IMG/VR virus record: IMGVR_UViG_3300043777_000365
Location: 22,754-86,753 of that record
Source: a virus
Direction: 5' to 3' (one strand)
DNA: 64,000 nt
The notes below the pieces were generated by a model. It was not told the DNA's origin and ran no database searches. It saw only the letters and a list, made by a program, of their open reading frames with translations. Shown piece by piece: positions 25,105-33,487 of the stretch. How positions within the stretch are numbered: the stretch's first letter is position 1; each line of letters starts with the position of its first letter. The translations under genes and the position numbers were made by a program.

Positions 25105-25239
25105 CTCAGAAGCGTACTGCGTCGTCGGACAGCTTGCTCCTCAACGTCGCCCGGAGGCATGCCCAGCAGCCAGCGACCCACCCGACGAACGTCGCCGAGT
25201 AGTACTCGCGGAAGGGGACCTTCCAGCCGAGCGAGGTCT

Positions 25240-25479
25240 TCACGCCGGCTCCAGGTCGACCGGCTCGTCCGCCGGCGGCTCGTGGGCCGCCTGGGGCTCC
25301 TCGAGCTTCTCGAGCGGGACGGGCTTGGGCTTCTGCCGGCCTTGGACCATGTCGCCGAGCTCGGAGCAGAGCCGGACCATCGCGGCGGTCACGTCGTGCC
25401 CGACCCCGACCGCGTCGACGCCCTCGACGCGGGCCTCGTGCTGCCCGTGCTCGTTCTTGGTGAAGACGACCTCGCTCAC
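25240..25479 (-). CDS. Hypothetical protein
   Basis: GTGA coupling to the upstream gene; VSEVVFTKNEHG. Confidence 0.45.
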   Translation of the reverse strand: MSEVVFTKNEHGQHEARVEGVDAVGVGHDVTAAMVRLCSELGDMVQGRQKPKPVPLEKLEEPQAAHEPPADEPVDLEPA

Positions 25480-25844
25480 TTGGGGCTCGCTTTCTTGGCG
25501 GCCTTCTTGGCCTGGACGAACGGCGCCGGCTGGTACGCGGCCCCGGCCGGCGGGACGGTGCCTGCGTCGGCCTGGGAGGCCTCGAAGGACGCGACCACCT
25601 TCTCGAGGTCGGGGACGAGCGCCTCGACGAGGCCGCAGCCGACCTGGACGTCGGCCGCGACGATGCCCACCGGGGTCCCGGCCGGGATGACGCTGCCGGC
25701 GAGGGCGGCCGAGATGCAGGCCGTGTCCGCGTCGTTGAAGATCGCGTCCGCCTCCGCGACCTCCTTCGCCGTGCAGCCCATCCACGCCCCCCAAGCGACC
25801 ACCAAGAGCACGCACGCCGCCATGAAGCTCACCACGGTTTTCAT
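25476..25844 (-). CDS. Putative lipoprotein
   Basis: MKTVVSFMAACVLLVVAWGAWMGC is signal/lipobox-like; AGAGG SD. Confidence 0.55.
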   Translation of the reverse strand: MKTVVSFMAACVLLVVAWGAWMGCTAKEVAEADAIFNDADTACISAALAGSVIPAGTPVGIVAADVQVGCGLVEALVPDLEKVVASFEASQADAGTVPPAGAAYQPAPFVQAKKAAKKASPK

Positions 25845-25884
25845 CTGGACCTCTTTCCTGAAGGTCGGGGTATAACAGCCCCGT

Positions 25885-26283
25885 TCAACCCACGCGAGCG
25901 TTGATGCCGCTTGCACCGATGCCGCCGAACCTCGCGTCGAACGGGTTGCGGTAGCAGCTCATGATCTGGAGCATGTCGTCGACGAAGAAGATGTACCGCT
26001 GCACGAGCTGCTCGAACTGCTGGGGGTTGATCTCGATGTCCCCGACCTTCGAGGCCACGAGGGTGTCCGTGTCGTCGAAGATGATCGCGTAGACCCGGTC
26101 GCACCGGTCGAGCCCCTCTCGGAGCAAGAACTCCGCGCTCGGGATGATGGCGTCCATCGCCGCCTCGAGGATGAAGAACGGCTCCATCGCGGCCGGGTTC
26201 CCCAAGAAATACGTCTGGGCCGCGCTCACGTTGGGCCAGCCACCGTGTTTCCGAACCCTTGCCTTCTCTTCCGGGGTGAGCAC
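25885..26283 (-). CDS. Head-tail adaptor-like protein
   Basis: MLTPEEKARVRKH...ASKVGDIEIN; TAGCCT-N6-GTG; position supports the call. Confidence 0.6.
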   Translation of the reverse strand: MLTPEEKARVRKHGGWPNVSAAQTYFLGNPAAMEPFFILEAAMDAIIPSAEFLLREGLDRCDRVYAIIFDDTDTLVASKVGDIEINPQQFEQLVQRYIFFVDDMLQIMSCYRNPFDARFGGIGASGINARVG

Positions 26284-26318
26284 GGGACGAGGCTACCACG
26301 CGCGGCATGATGGGCCGC

Positions 26319-27134
26319 ATGGACACCCCGACCTCGTTCCGCCGCCATCTCCTCGACCACGGTTACCTGAAGCTCGTGGACGCTTGGGGGCGAGACGGGC
26401 TCGAGGAGGCGGTCGGCGAGGAGTCGATCATCGCGGCCGCGCGCATGTCGACGGGCAAGGGCTTCCTCGGGTGGGGTAAGTCGACATGTCGACTTTGTCG
26501 GTGGGAAGGTCAACCGGCGGACTTCCAAAGAGGCTGCCCAGGTTGTTCTCACGAAAAGACCTATGACTATCAACCTGGCGATGAGAAGCTCCTGCGCTTC
26601 CTCTACGAGAACAAGCACGCGACCCCGTTCGAGATGGCCGGAATCACCGTCGAGGTCATGGCTCCCATCTTCGTCTTCCGGGAATGGCACCGCCACCGCA
26701 CACAATCTTTCAATGAAATGAGCGCCCGCTACATCCCGCTCCCCGACGTGAACCACGTCCCCTCGGTCGATCGCCTGATGCTCAACTCGAAGACGAACAA
26801 GCAGGCGGGGACCGTTCAAGGCGCAGAAGAGCTGACCCCGGGGGTCGCCGAGCTCGACAGGCGGGAGCTCGAGGAGGAGTGGGCGAGGCAGGAGGCGTTC
26901 TACCAACGTCGGCTGAAGCGCGGGGTGCCGAAGGAGCTCGCGCGCACGCACATCGGGACGGGCCGCTACTCGCGCATGAGGGCGAGCGCGAACCTCCGCA
27001 ACTGGCTCGGCTTCGTGACGCTGCGCTCCGCCCCCGCCGCCATGTGGGAGATCCGGATGTACTCGGACGCGCTCGGCGAGCTCGTCGGGCAGCTCTTCCC
27101 GCGCACGTGGGCCCTCTTCCAGGAGAGGCGATGA
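26319..27134 (+). CDS. thyX: Flavin-dependent thymidylate synthase
   Basis: HATPFE, APIFVFREWHRHRTQSFNEMSARY and NLRNWLGF...AMWEIR ThyX motifs. Confidence 0.95.
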   Translation: MDTPTSFRRHLLDHGYLKLVDAWGRDGLEEAVGEESIIAAARMSTGKGFLGWGKSTCRLCRWEGQPADFQRGCPGCSHEKTYDYQPGDEKLLRFLYENKHATPFEMAGITVEVMAPIFVFREWHRHRTQSFNEMSARYIPLPDVNHVPSVDRLMLNSKTNKQAGTVQGAEELTPGVAELDRRELEEEWARQEAFYQRRLKRGVPKELARTHIGTGRYSRMRASANLRNWLGFVTLRSAPAAMWEIRMYSDALGELVGQLFPRTWALFQERR

Positions 27135-27298
27135 GCACCTGGAACGACGAGCAGTCGGCCAACTGGATCGTGGTGGGCCTCGCGCTCTTCCTGTTCGTCG
27201 CGACCTCGTGCGTGCAGTGCGCCGGCCCGTGCTCCTGGCTCATGTGGGAGCCGGTGACGGACCTGCCCGCCCGCTGCCTGCCTGGGACGGGTCGCTAG
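27131..27298 (+). CDS. Small membrane protein
   Basis: ATGA-coupled to thyX; hydrophobic helix with several Cys. Confidence 0.5.
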   Translation: MSTWNDEQSANWIVVGLALFLFVATSCVQCAGPCSWLMWEPVTDLPARCLPGTGR

Positions 27299-27726
27299 AG
27301 CGAGTCGAACCGCCTCGGCGCCGCCTGCGGCCGCAGTGGGGCGATCGGCGGCGGGGGAACGGCCGACGGGGCGGCGAACGCCCGGACGATGCTCGGAGGC
27401 GGCAGCGCTGACTGCGGCACCCCGGCGTCCGCCGGCTGCACCGGCACCGTCAGCACCTCGTGCTCCCGGGTGTAGCCCTCGACGTACTGGCGCAGGCGCT
27501 CGAGGTCGTCGTGCTGCTGGCGCACCTCGGCCTGCGTCTCGAGGATGCTCTTGGTCAGCTCGAGGTAGCCGGCGCGCGCCCCTTCCTCGGGCTTGAACAC
27601 CGCCCCCACCGCCGTCACCAGCCCGGCCGCCGCGAGCAGCAGCGCCGCGTACCCGCGCAGGCTCGACGAGCGCGCGTGCCGCAGCGCCTCGAGCGCCGCC
27701 TCCTCCGCCTCCAAGACCTCGCCCAT
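27295..27726 (-). CDS. Membrane-anchored coiled-coil protein
   Basis: TAGGCT-N7-ATG; TM helix followed by coiled coil and a Pro-rich tail. Confidence 0.55.
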   Translation of the reverse strand: MGEVLEAEEAALEALRHARSSSLRGYAALLLAAAGLVTAVGAVFKPEEGARAGYLELTKSILETQAEVRQQHDDLERLRQYVEGYTREHEVLTVPVQPADAGVPQSALPPPSIVRAFAAPSAVPPPPIAPLRPQAAPRRFDSL

Positions 27727-27795
27727 GCCACCGAGCCTACCCCAAGCCCCGGCGCGAGCATTGCTAGCTCGCCCTCCCGGAGGCACGAAACCAAG

Positions 27796-27987
27796 ATGGT
27801 CAACCACCGGCAGCAGTGGCAGGCAGAGGTGCGCGCGCGGCAGCTCAGGCTCGCCAAGTGCGAGCAACTAGGGCACTTGTGGGACGCGGGGTTCTTCGGG
27901 AGGGAGGTGCGGTGCGACCGGTGCGGCGCCTGCGCCGACCCCCCGGCCGTCGGCGAGATGCCTCCCGCCGTTGGCGAGATGCCTTAG
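27796..27987 (+). CDS. Small Zn-finger-like protein
   Basis: GGAGG SD; C...GH.W...C.RCG; C-terminal PPAVGEM duplicated. Confidence 0.5.
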   Translation: MVNHRQQWQAEVRARQLRLAKCEQLGHLWDAGFFGREVRCDRCGACADPPAVGEMPPAVGEMP

Positions 27988-28295
27988 CTCCCGACCACCC
28001 CGCCGCCCGACTGCCACGTGAACTCGCCCACCGGGCGCTTGGCCCGGCAGTGGGGGCACGTCAGCTGCCCGATCACCCCTGGGTTGCGGGCCATCTCCTT
28101 GGCCACGTCCTGGGCGAGCACCGACAGGATGCCGCACTGCTTGTGCACGACCGCGTCACGAACGGGCCGGGGGCCGGCCTGGGCTGGCTTAGGCGCGCCT
28201 GCGGCGTCGGCCTGGGGCTTTGCCGCGTCCGGGGCCGTCGGGGCTTCCTGGGGCGGGCTGGGGGCGGCGGGCGGGGGTGCTTTCGGGTCGGCCAT
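27984..28295 (-). CDS. Small Zn-ribbon protein
   Basis: TACAGT-N6-ATG; HKQCG...CPHC...PVGEFTW. Confidence 0.6.
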   Translation of the reverse strand: MADPKAPPPAAPSPPQEAPTAPDAAKPQADAAGAPKPAQAGPRPVRDAVVHKQCGILSVLAQDVAKEMARNPGVIGQLTCPHCRAKRPVGEFTWQSGGGVVGS

Positions 28296-28315
28296 GGGGG
28301 GACTGTACACCAGCG

Positions 28316-28335
28316 TTGGAAGCCCGGGTTTCCAA
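28316..28335. repeat. Palindrome copy 7 (1 mismatch)
   Basis: TTGGAAGCCCGGGTTTCCAA. Confidence 0.9.
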
Positions 28336-28445
28336 CCCGCGCGGCGGGACGCGGGGCGGGTCCGCGTGCACGACCACCCAATCGTTCGCGACCTCGCTCC
28401 ACGCGACGTCCTTGCGGAACGCCCAGGGTGGGTGCTCCGGGAAGC

Positions 28446-28631
28446 TCACGCGGGCTTGGGCCCGGGGCAGGTGCCTGGTCGGTCGGGGAGGTCGCCCGCG
28501 CAGAGGCAAGGTGGCCGATGCCCGACCTTTAGGCAGCACGGGCCGCCGCACGCGAGCTTCGTCCTGCACCACGGCCCCTCGCGGTTGTCGGTGGCGGGGG
28601 TGGGCCTCGGCCTCGTCGGGTCGGTGCTCAT
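28446..28631 (-). CDS. Small Cys-rich protein
   Basis: ATGA coupling; multiple Cys. Confidence 0.4.
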   Translation of the reverse strand: MSTDPTRPRPTPATDNREGPWCRTKLACGGPCCLKVGHRPPCLCAGDLPDRPGTCPGPKPA

Positions 28632-28933
28632 CGGCCGGTCCTCCGGATCTCCTCCAGGATGGCGCGGGCGCGACGCACCATGGCGGCCTGGTGGAGGTCG
28701 CTCATCGACCGCACCTCCATGCGGACCTCGGCCTCGCCGAGGTTGCGGACCGGACTCCGTTGGTGTTCGCCACCATGCTTGTGGCAGAGGAGGTCCCCCA
28801 CCGAATCGTCGGGGTAAACCTCGGCCGGCTCCTGGCAAAAGACGCAGGTGGCGAGGTTCCGGTTGTTGTGGAGGAACGCGAGCGCGGTCATCTCCGTGTT
28901 GAGGTCGAGGCTCCTGCGCAGCTCGTCGCTCAT
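28628..28933 (-). CDS. Hypothetical protein (CxxC...CxxH)
   Basis: ATGA coupling; MSDELRRSLD. Confidence 0.5.
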   Translation of the reverse strand: MSDELRRSLDLNTEMTALAFLHNNRNLATCVFCQEPAEVYPDDSVGDLLCHKHGGEHQRSPVRNLGEAEVRMEVRSMSDLHQAAMVRRARAILEEIRRTGR

Positions 28934-29211
28934 CGGGAGAGCCCTCGACGCCGCAGCTCCTCGACGGCGTCGTCCACCTCGCGCTGCAACCGCCTGGCGA
29001 AGTTCCCGAGGTGGTCCGGGTTGAAGTCGTCCTCCGGCACACGGATGACCGCGCTGCACTCGTGCCGGGCCATGCGCACCTCCACGACGGCCGCGTGGAT
29101 CATGAGCGTCAAGAGGACCACGGCACATTCCCGTGGGGTCCAGTTCTTCGACCCAGACTCGAGCTGCACGACGAGCCTCAGCTTGGAGCAAACCTCGTTC
29201 ACGGTCGGCAT
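28930..29211 (-). CDS. Hypothetical protein
   Basis: TGATG coupling; MPTVNEVCSK. Confidence 0.5.
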   Translation of the reverse strand: MPTVNEVCSKLRLVVQLESGSKNWTPRECAVVLLTLMIHAAVVEVRMARHECSAVIRVPEDDFNPDHLGNFARRLQREVDDAVEELRRRGLSR

Positions 29212-30500
29212 CAGACCAGCTCCGGGTTCTTGAACAGCTCCGCGAACGTGAACGGTGGCGCGCTGACGGCCGGGTTCCACTGCTGCATCGCGGCGCAGTA
29301 CTTCGCCATGATGAGGTCCTGCGACTCGGGGGCGAGCCCGGACCACCTCCGCAGCTCGTCCCCCTCCAGCGTCGACGCGAGCCGCAGGCGCAGGTCGGGG
29401 CACGTCGGCAGGTGCTGCTCGCCGGGGATGCACCGGCAGGTCGACGACTTGCCGTGCCGGTCGGCAAGAACGGGTCCACCATCTCCAGTCCGGGTTGTGA
29501 TCGTGTTCATCGCCTCCAGGTTCTCGGGGGTGTTGGGCTTGGCGACGTAGGTCTTCACCGCCTCCTCCACCTGCCGCTGGACCACGTCCTTCAAAGCTCG
29601 CTCGGCCTTCTCGAACCTGCCCCTCCAATAATCCTCGTTCGTCGCGTGGAAAGCCGCCGTCTCGACCCAGTTGGTCGCGAACTTCTCGAGCATCGCCACG
29701 TAGTCGGCCGCCGGCCCGGGGATGTCCTTGAGGTTGGGGAACCACTTGGGCCGTAACGCCTCGACGATCTCCTCGGCCATCTTCCTCCGGTCTCGGTCGA
29801 TGTCCGCCTGCGGCTTGTCGAGCTGGCCGCTCGCGCTCTCGTCGACGAGGTATGCCGGGTATGCCGTGCGGCCGATCCCGCAGCGGTTGCACACCAGCAT
29901 CTTCCCGTCCTCCGTCGACCAGTCGTGCTGCTCGCACGGTCGCGACGGCTGCCTTTCAGGCTGGCTGACGTCGCCCCGCGCGAGCGAGTTTCCGTAGCCC
30001 TCGGCCCGACGACGCGCGGGCTCCCGGGCCATGACCTCCTCGAACTTCTCCTTCCAATACCTCGCCCCCTTCCAGTCACACTCGGGCACGTCGACGACGG
30101 TGGTCGCGTCCCCCATGTCGACGTGGACGGTGCACGGTGGCCCGCTTCGCCCCTCTAGGTAGAGGGTCACCCGATGGGGCATCGGGGTGCCAGCGTCCAC
30201 CGCGTAGAGGGTCACCCGATGGGGCATCGGGGTGCCAGCGTCCACCGCCCCCAGCGGGATCGGGACGCTGCCGACGATCCTCCCGTCGAGCGCGACGTGC
30301 ACCGCGGGCCCGTCCACCTTCGCCGGCTCCTCCCGCGGGTCCAGGTGGCGGAACAGCACCCACGTCCCCTCGAGCAGAGACGGCTGCCCCGTCCCGTCGA
30401 GCCCCGTCACGTACTCGAGCCCGTCCGACCTCGCGTCGTTCAGGAACTTGACCCTCGCCTCCCGAGAGGACCCGACGAACTGCTTGTACACGTAACCCAT
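29211..30500 (-). CDS. Mosaic hypothetical protein with an internal 15-aa duplication
   Basis: GGAGG SD before MGYVYKQF; 429 aa. Confidence 0.6.
   Translation of the reverse strand: MGYVYKQFVGSSREARVKFLNDARSDGLEYVTGLDGTGQPSLLEGTWVLFRHLDPREEPAKVDGPAVHVALDGRIVGSVPIPLGAVDAGTPMPHRVTLYAVDAGTPMPHRVTLYLEGRSGPPCTVHVDMGDATTVVDVPECDWKGARYWKEKFEEVMAREPARRRAEGYGNSLARGDVSQPERQPSRPCEQHDWSTEDGKMLVCNRCGIGRTAYPAYLVDESASGQLDKPQADIDRDRRKMAEEIVEALRPKWFPNLKDIPGPAADYVAMLEKFATNWVETAAFHATNEDYWRGRFEKAERALKDVVQRQVEEAVKTYVAKPNTPENLEAMNTITTRTGDGGPVLADRHGKSSTCRCIPGEQHLPTCPDLRLRLASTLEGDELRRWSGLAPESQDLIMAKYCAAMQQWNPAVSAPPFTFAELFKNPELV
30159..30248. repeat. Exact 2 x 45 bp tandem duplication
   Basis: gtagagggtcacccgatggggcatcggggtgccagcgtccaccgc occurs twice and encodes AVDAGTPMPHRVTLY. 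Confidence 0.95.
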
Positions 30501-30613
30501 TGCCTGCCTCCGACCCTGAAATAGGAAAGGCCGGCCGAGCAAACCGTTAGCGCCCAGGCCGGCCTGGCGCCCGGACCATCCGGCCGCCTCCCCCATCATG
30601 CCGCGAGGACCGC

Positions 30614-31009
30614 TCAGCCCGCGGCCTCCGCCGCCTCGGCCGCCTGGTCGATCTCCTCGAGCTTCACCCCCTGCCGGCGGATGGACGGGATGTCGAAGTA
30701 CCTCTCGTCGAGCTCCTTGCCCTCGTTGATCTTGAACTGCCGGCCGCCGCGGCCGACGACGAGCTGCACCATCCCGTCCTGGTTCCGGGGCACCTTGGTC
30801 ACCCGGTACTTCCTCGGGAGGGGGACGGCGTCGACCCGCTCCTGCCGCTCCTGCTGGAAGGTGCGCTGCACCTCCTGGCGGGCGAGCGGGGGCAGCGGCT
30901 GGCGCGGGCCCCCGTTCATCCCGGAGCCGGACAGCTCCTGGTCGTCGGGGTTCCCGCTGCCCCCGCCCTCCTCGTACACCTGGTTCGGCTTGCGCTCCGC
31001 TCTCGGCAT
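30614..31009 (-). CDS. Hypothetical virion-region protein
   Basis: 131 aa, GGAGG SD, downstream of the capsid gene. Confidence 0.6.
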   Translation of the reverse strand: MPRAERKPNQVYEEGGGSGNPDDQELSGSGMNGGPRQPLPPLARQEVQRTFQQERQERVDAVPLPRKYRVTKVPRNQDGMVQLVVGRGGRQFKINEGKELDERYFDIPSIRRQGVKLEEIDQAAEAAEAAG

Positions 31010-31057
31010 GTTCGTGGCCTCCGGAGGACGAAGCTACCACGCGGCATGCTGGTGGGC

Positions 31058-31300
31058 ATGGGAGATGTCCACGCGAGCGTCTGCATCTTCTGCCTCCGGC
31101 CCGAGGGCGACGCCCGCGCCTGGTGCCCTGACAACCCCGGCCGCGGCTGCACCTACGGGCTCGCCCACGAGCACCCGGCCGGGCCGAGGCCGAAGCCCAA
31201 GACGGCCACCGTCGCCAACGCGAGGTGCCTCAAGTGCGGGCTCCACCCCAAGAACCCGGCCTACCGCGTCATCGTGTGCGCCCACGAGCACGCGGCTTGA
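31058..31300 (+). CDS. Small Cys/His-rich protein
   Basis: GGCATGCT-N7-ATG; two CxxC...C..HEH units. Confidence 0.55.
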   Translation: MGDVHASVCIFCLRPEGDARAWCPDNPGRGCTYGLAHEHPAGPRPKPKTATVANARCLKCGLHPKNPAYRVIVCAHEHAA

Positions 31301-31309
31301 ACCAAGGGT

Positions 31310-31329
31310 TTGGAAACCCGGGTTTCCAA
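31310..31329. repeat. 20-bp palindrome copy 8
   Basis: Exact; between convergent genes after the capsid gene. Confidence 0.95.
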
Positions 31330-31372
31330 AAAGCACGAGGGTCCGGAGGCCGTGGCCGCCGAGCCCTCGTCC
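31328..31372 (-). terminator. Probable intrinsic terminator after the major capsid gene
   Basis: ACGAGGG...CCCTCGT stem followed by GCTTTT, running into a palindrome copy. Confidence 0.45.
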
Positions 31373-31418
31373 GGCCATGCGCCGGTTGCCTAGCTCAGAC
31401 AGAAGCTAAGTAGCTATG

Positions 31419-32825
31419 TCACGTGGCACTTTGTAGGACCACGGCCCGCTTGAAGAGGGCCGTGCTGGTCGTCGCCCCGAGGTCCGTCGGCACCGGGAAG
31501 CAGGTGCTGATGGACCAGGTCGCGCGGACCATGTCCTGCAGTCGGTCGATCGGGCTCGCGATGACCAGGCGGATGCGGTCCGTCTGGATCGAGATGCCCT
31601 GGTTGACGACGTCGAACTCGCCCACCTTGCCCGTGACGCCGGCCTCCGAGACGTACTGGTTCTCGTTGACCCAGCGCTCGTAGAGGGCGCCGCGGCCCGT
31701 GATGAGGGTCTGCGAGATCTGCACCCCCGTGTAGTTGATGATCTCGCTGCCGAGCTCCTGCGCGTACAGCGCCGGCTGCCCGGAGACCGTGAGCGTCTGG
31801 TTGCCCGTGTTGATGGGCGCCGGCGACTCCGTGTTCATGAAGAACTTGATGCCGACCTGCGGGACGGGGAAGCCGTTGATGTAGCTCTCCGACTGGGGCA
31901 GGGCGGTGTAAAGGCGCTGGTAGGCCGGGTCCGCGAACAGCTGGGCCGCGACGTTCGGGGCCAGGTGCGCGTGGTAGAAGCCGTCCTCGTGCGGCTGGAC
32001 GTTGTTCGCCCGGAGCACGGTGGCCGCGTTCAGGAAGTCCTGCATCACGACGATGTCGGCGCTGCTGATGGCGTCGATGCTGTTGCCGCCGCCCGACCGG
32101 ATGACCACCGGGGCGTTGTTGCTGTAGATGGGCGTGCGGACCGCGAGCGCCGAGCCGATCTGCGCGGACAGCTGGAGGATGCCCGGGCCGTTCAGCGGGT
32201 CGGCCGGGTTCAGGCTCGTGTACCCGATGACGTTCGCCGTCACCGTCACCGTCGGGCTGACGATGATGCTGATGGGCAGCGGGTTGGCCGAGGACACGCC
32301 CACCGGGCGCACCGTGGAGCCCATCTGCACGACCGTCGTGAACCCGTTGAGCGACGCCACGTTGAGGACCGTGTCGGTCGTCAGCTGGGTCGCCGTCGTG
32401 AGCGTCTGCCCGGACAGGTACGCCTGGAAGAGCGCGTCGCGGGAGACCCGGTTCACCGTCTGCCCGGCCTGCAGGCCGAGCTGCTGCAGGTTCCTCATGA
32501 ACTGGTCGGCGTTCGACCAGACCGAGGTCGGCATGTGCGTGTCGATGCCGCTGCCGTAGCGCAGGAGGTTGACGTACCACTGCTCGTACTGGAGCGCCTG
32601 CGGCTGCGGGTCCTGCCCCGCGATGAGCGGGGTGATGGCCGGCGCGAGCAGGCTCGGGCGGGTCTCGATGGTCTGCACGCCGGTGTGCGCCGGCCACTCC
32701 TCGGCCATCGCCTCGGTGCGGTACAGGAGGGCGGGGTAGAGGGCGTCGTGGAACGCGCGCTCGAGCAGGCCGGTCTGCACCAGCTGGACGATCGACGGGG
32801 GGATGCCGAGGATTACACCGGCCAT
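31419..32825 (-). CDS. Major capsid protein
   Basis: 468 aa; strong AGGAG SD; LRANNVQPHEDGFYHAHLAP resembles N4-gp56-like capsid motifs; follows decoration and scaffold genes. Confidence 0.8.
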   Translation of the reverse strand: MAGVILGIPPSIVQLVQTGLLERAFHDALYPALLYRTEAMAEEWPAHTGVQTIETRPSLLAPAITPLIAGQDPQPQALQYEQWYVNLLRYGSGIDTHMPTSVWSNADQFMRNLQQLGLQAGQTVNRVSRDALFQAYLSGQTLTTATQLTTDTVLNVASLNGFTTVVQMGSTVRPVGVSSANPLPISIIVSPTVTVTANVIGYTSLNPADPLNGPGILQLSAQIGSALAVRTPIYSNNAPVVIRSGGGNSIDAISSADIVVMQDFLNAATVLRANNVQPHEDGFYHAHLAPNVAAQLFADPAYQRLYTALPQSESYINGFPVPQVGIKFFMNTESPAPINTGNQTLTVSGQPALYAQELGSEIINYTGVQISQTLITGRGALYERWVNENQYVSEAGVTGKVGEFDVVNQGISIQTDRIRLVIASPIDRLQDMVRATWSISTCFPVPTDLGATTSTALFKRAVVLQSAT

Positions 32826-32901
32826 GGTTGTGGACTCCTAACTTCGGGATGAACGACGACGAGAGAGGGCTTTCGCTCCTCGATCCGCTCGCTCACTTCG
32901 C

Positions 32902-32958
32902 CCCGGGAGTCCACGCTGGCCGCTGGGGGCCTGTCCGCCGTGGTCGCGGTGTTGGGGG
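32902..32958 (-). ncRNA. Candidate structured cis-regulatory RNA in the capsid 5' leader
   Basis: Shared with the sheath leader; includes a compensatory stem change. Confidence 0.55.
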
Positions 32959-32980
32959 TCCGTGCTCTTACGTTGGCGCC

Positions 32981-33010
32981 AGAATGCGGGCAGCCCCGCG
33001 GCTAAGTCAA
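32981..33010 (-). promoter_or_regulatory. Sigma70-like promoter for the capsid gene
   Basis: TTGACT-N18-CATTCT. Confidence 0.5.
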
Positions 33011-33027
33011 GCGCCGGGGTTGCCCCG

Positions 33028-33276
33028 TCACTTCCCGGGCGGCCTCTTGTCCAGGCCCTTCTCGGCCAGGAGCGCGGCGAGGTCCTCCTCGTGGAGGCAG
33101 TCGACCATGCACGCGCCGCTCATGCCGGCGGTCGTGGTCGGAGCGATGTAGCCGTTGCAGTAGTCGTTGCCGGGGGTCGCGTCGACCAGCACTCCGACAG
33201 CCGTGATGCGCCCCGTGTTGCCGAGCTGGATGACCCTGTCGCCGTTCTTCGCTTCTCTTCCGTTTCGGTAGTGCAT
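33028..33276 (-). CDS. Hypothetical phage protein
   Basis: AGGAG SD; MHYRNGREAKNGD...DYCNG. Confidence 0.7.
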   Translation of the reverse strand: MHYRNGREAKNGDRVIQLGNTGRITAVGVLVDATPGNDYCNGYIAPTTTAGMSGACMVDCLHEEDLAALLAEKGLDKRPPGK

Positions 33277-33287
33277 GGTCGTTTCTC

Positions 33288-33482
33288 CTATGGTTCGAAC
33301 GTGAAAACTTGCCGGGGGCAGGCCAACCCGATGCCGGGGACGTCCATGTGGCGGGCCTTCGGCTGGTCGCAGCGCCGGCAGACTCGGTCGTTGTCCGGGT
33401 CCTCGCCCCGCTTCCTCGCCTGCTCGATCAACCTCTCGAACTCGGAGAGCCTCTCGCCCAGGGGCGGAGGGCCGCCGTACAT
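33288..33482 (-). CDS. Small hypothetical protein
   Basis: MYGGPPP...CRRC...H...CP. Confidence 0.45.
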   Translation of the reverse strand: MYGGPPPLGERLSEFERLIEQARKRGEDPDNDRVCRRCDQPKARHMDVPGIGLACPRQVFTFEP

Positions 33483-33487
33483 CAGCC

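Noticed and set aside
26478-26495. 18-bp palindrome AAGTCGACATGTCGACTT in thyX
   Set aside because: It is a single copy inside coding sequence with no supporting context.
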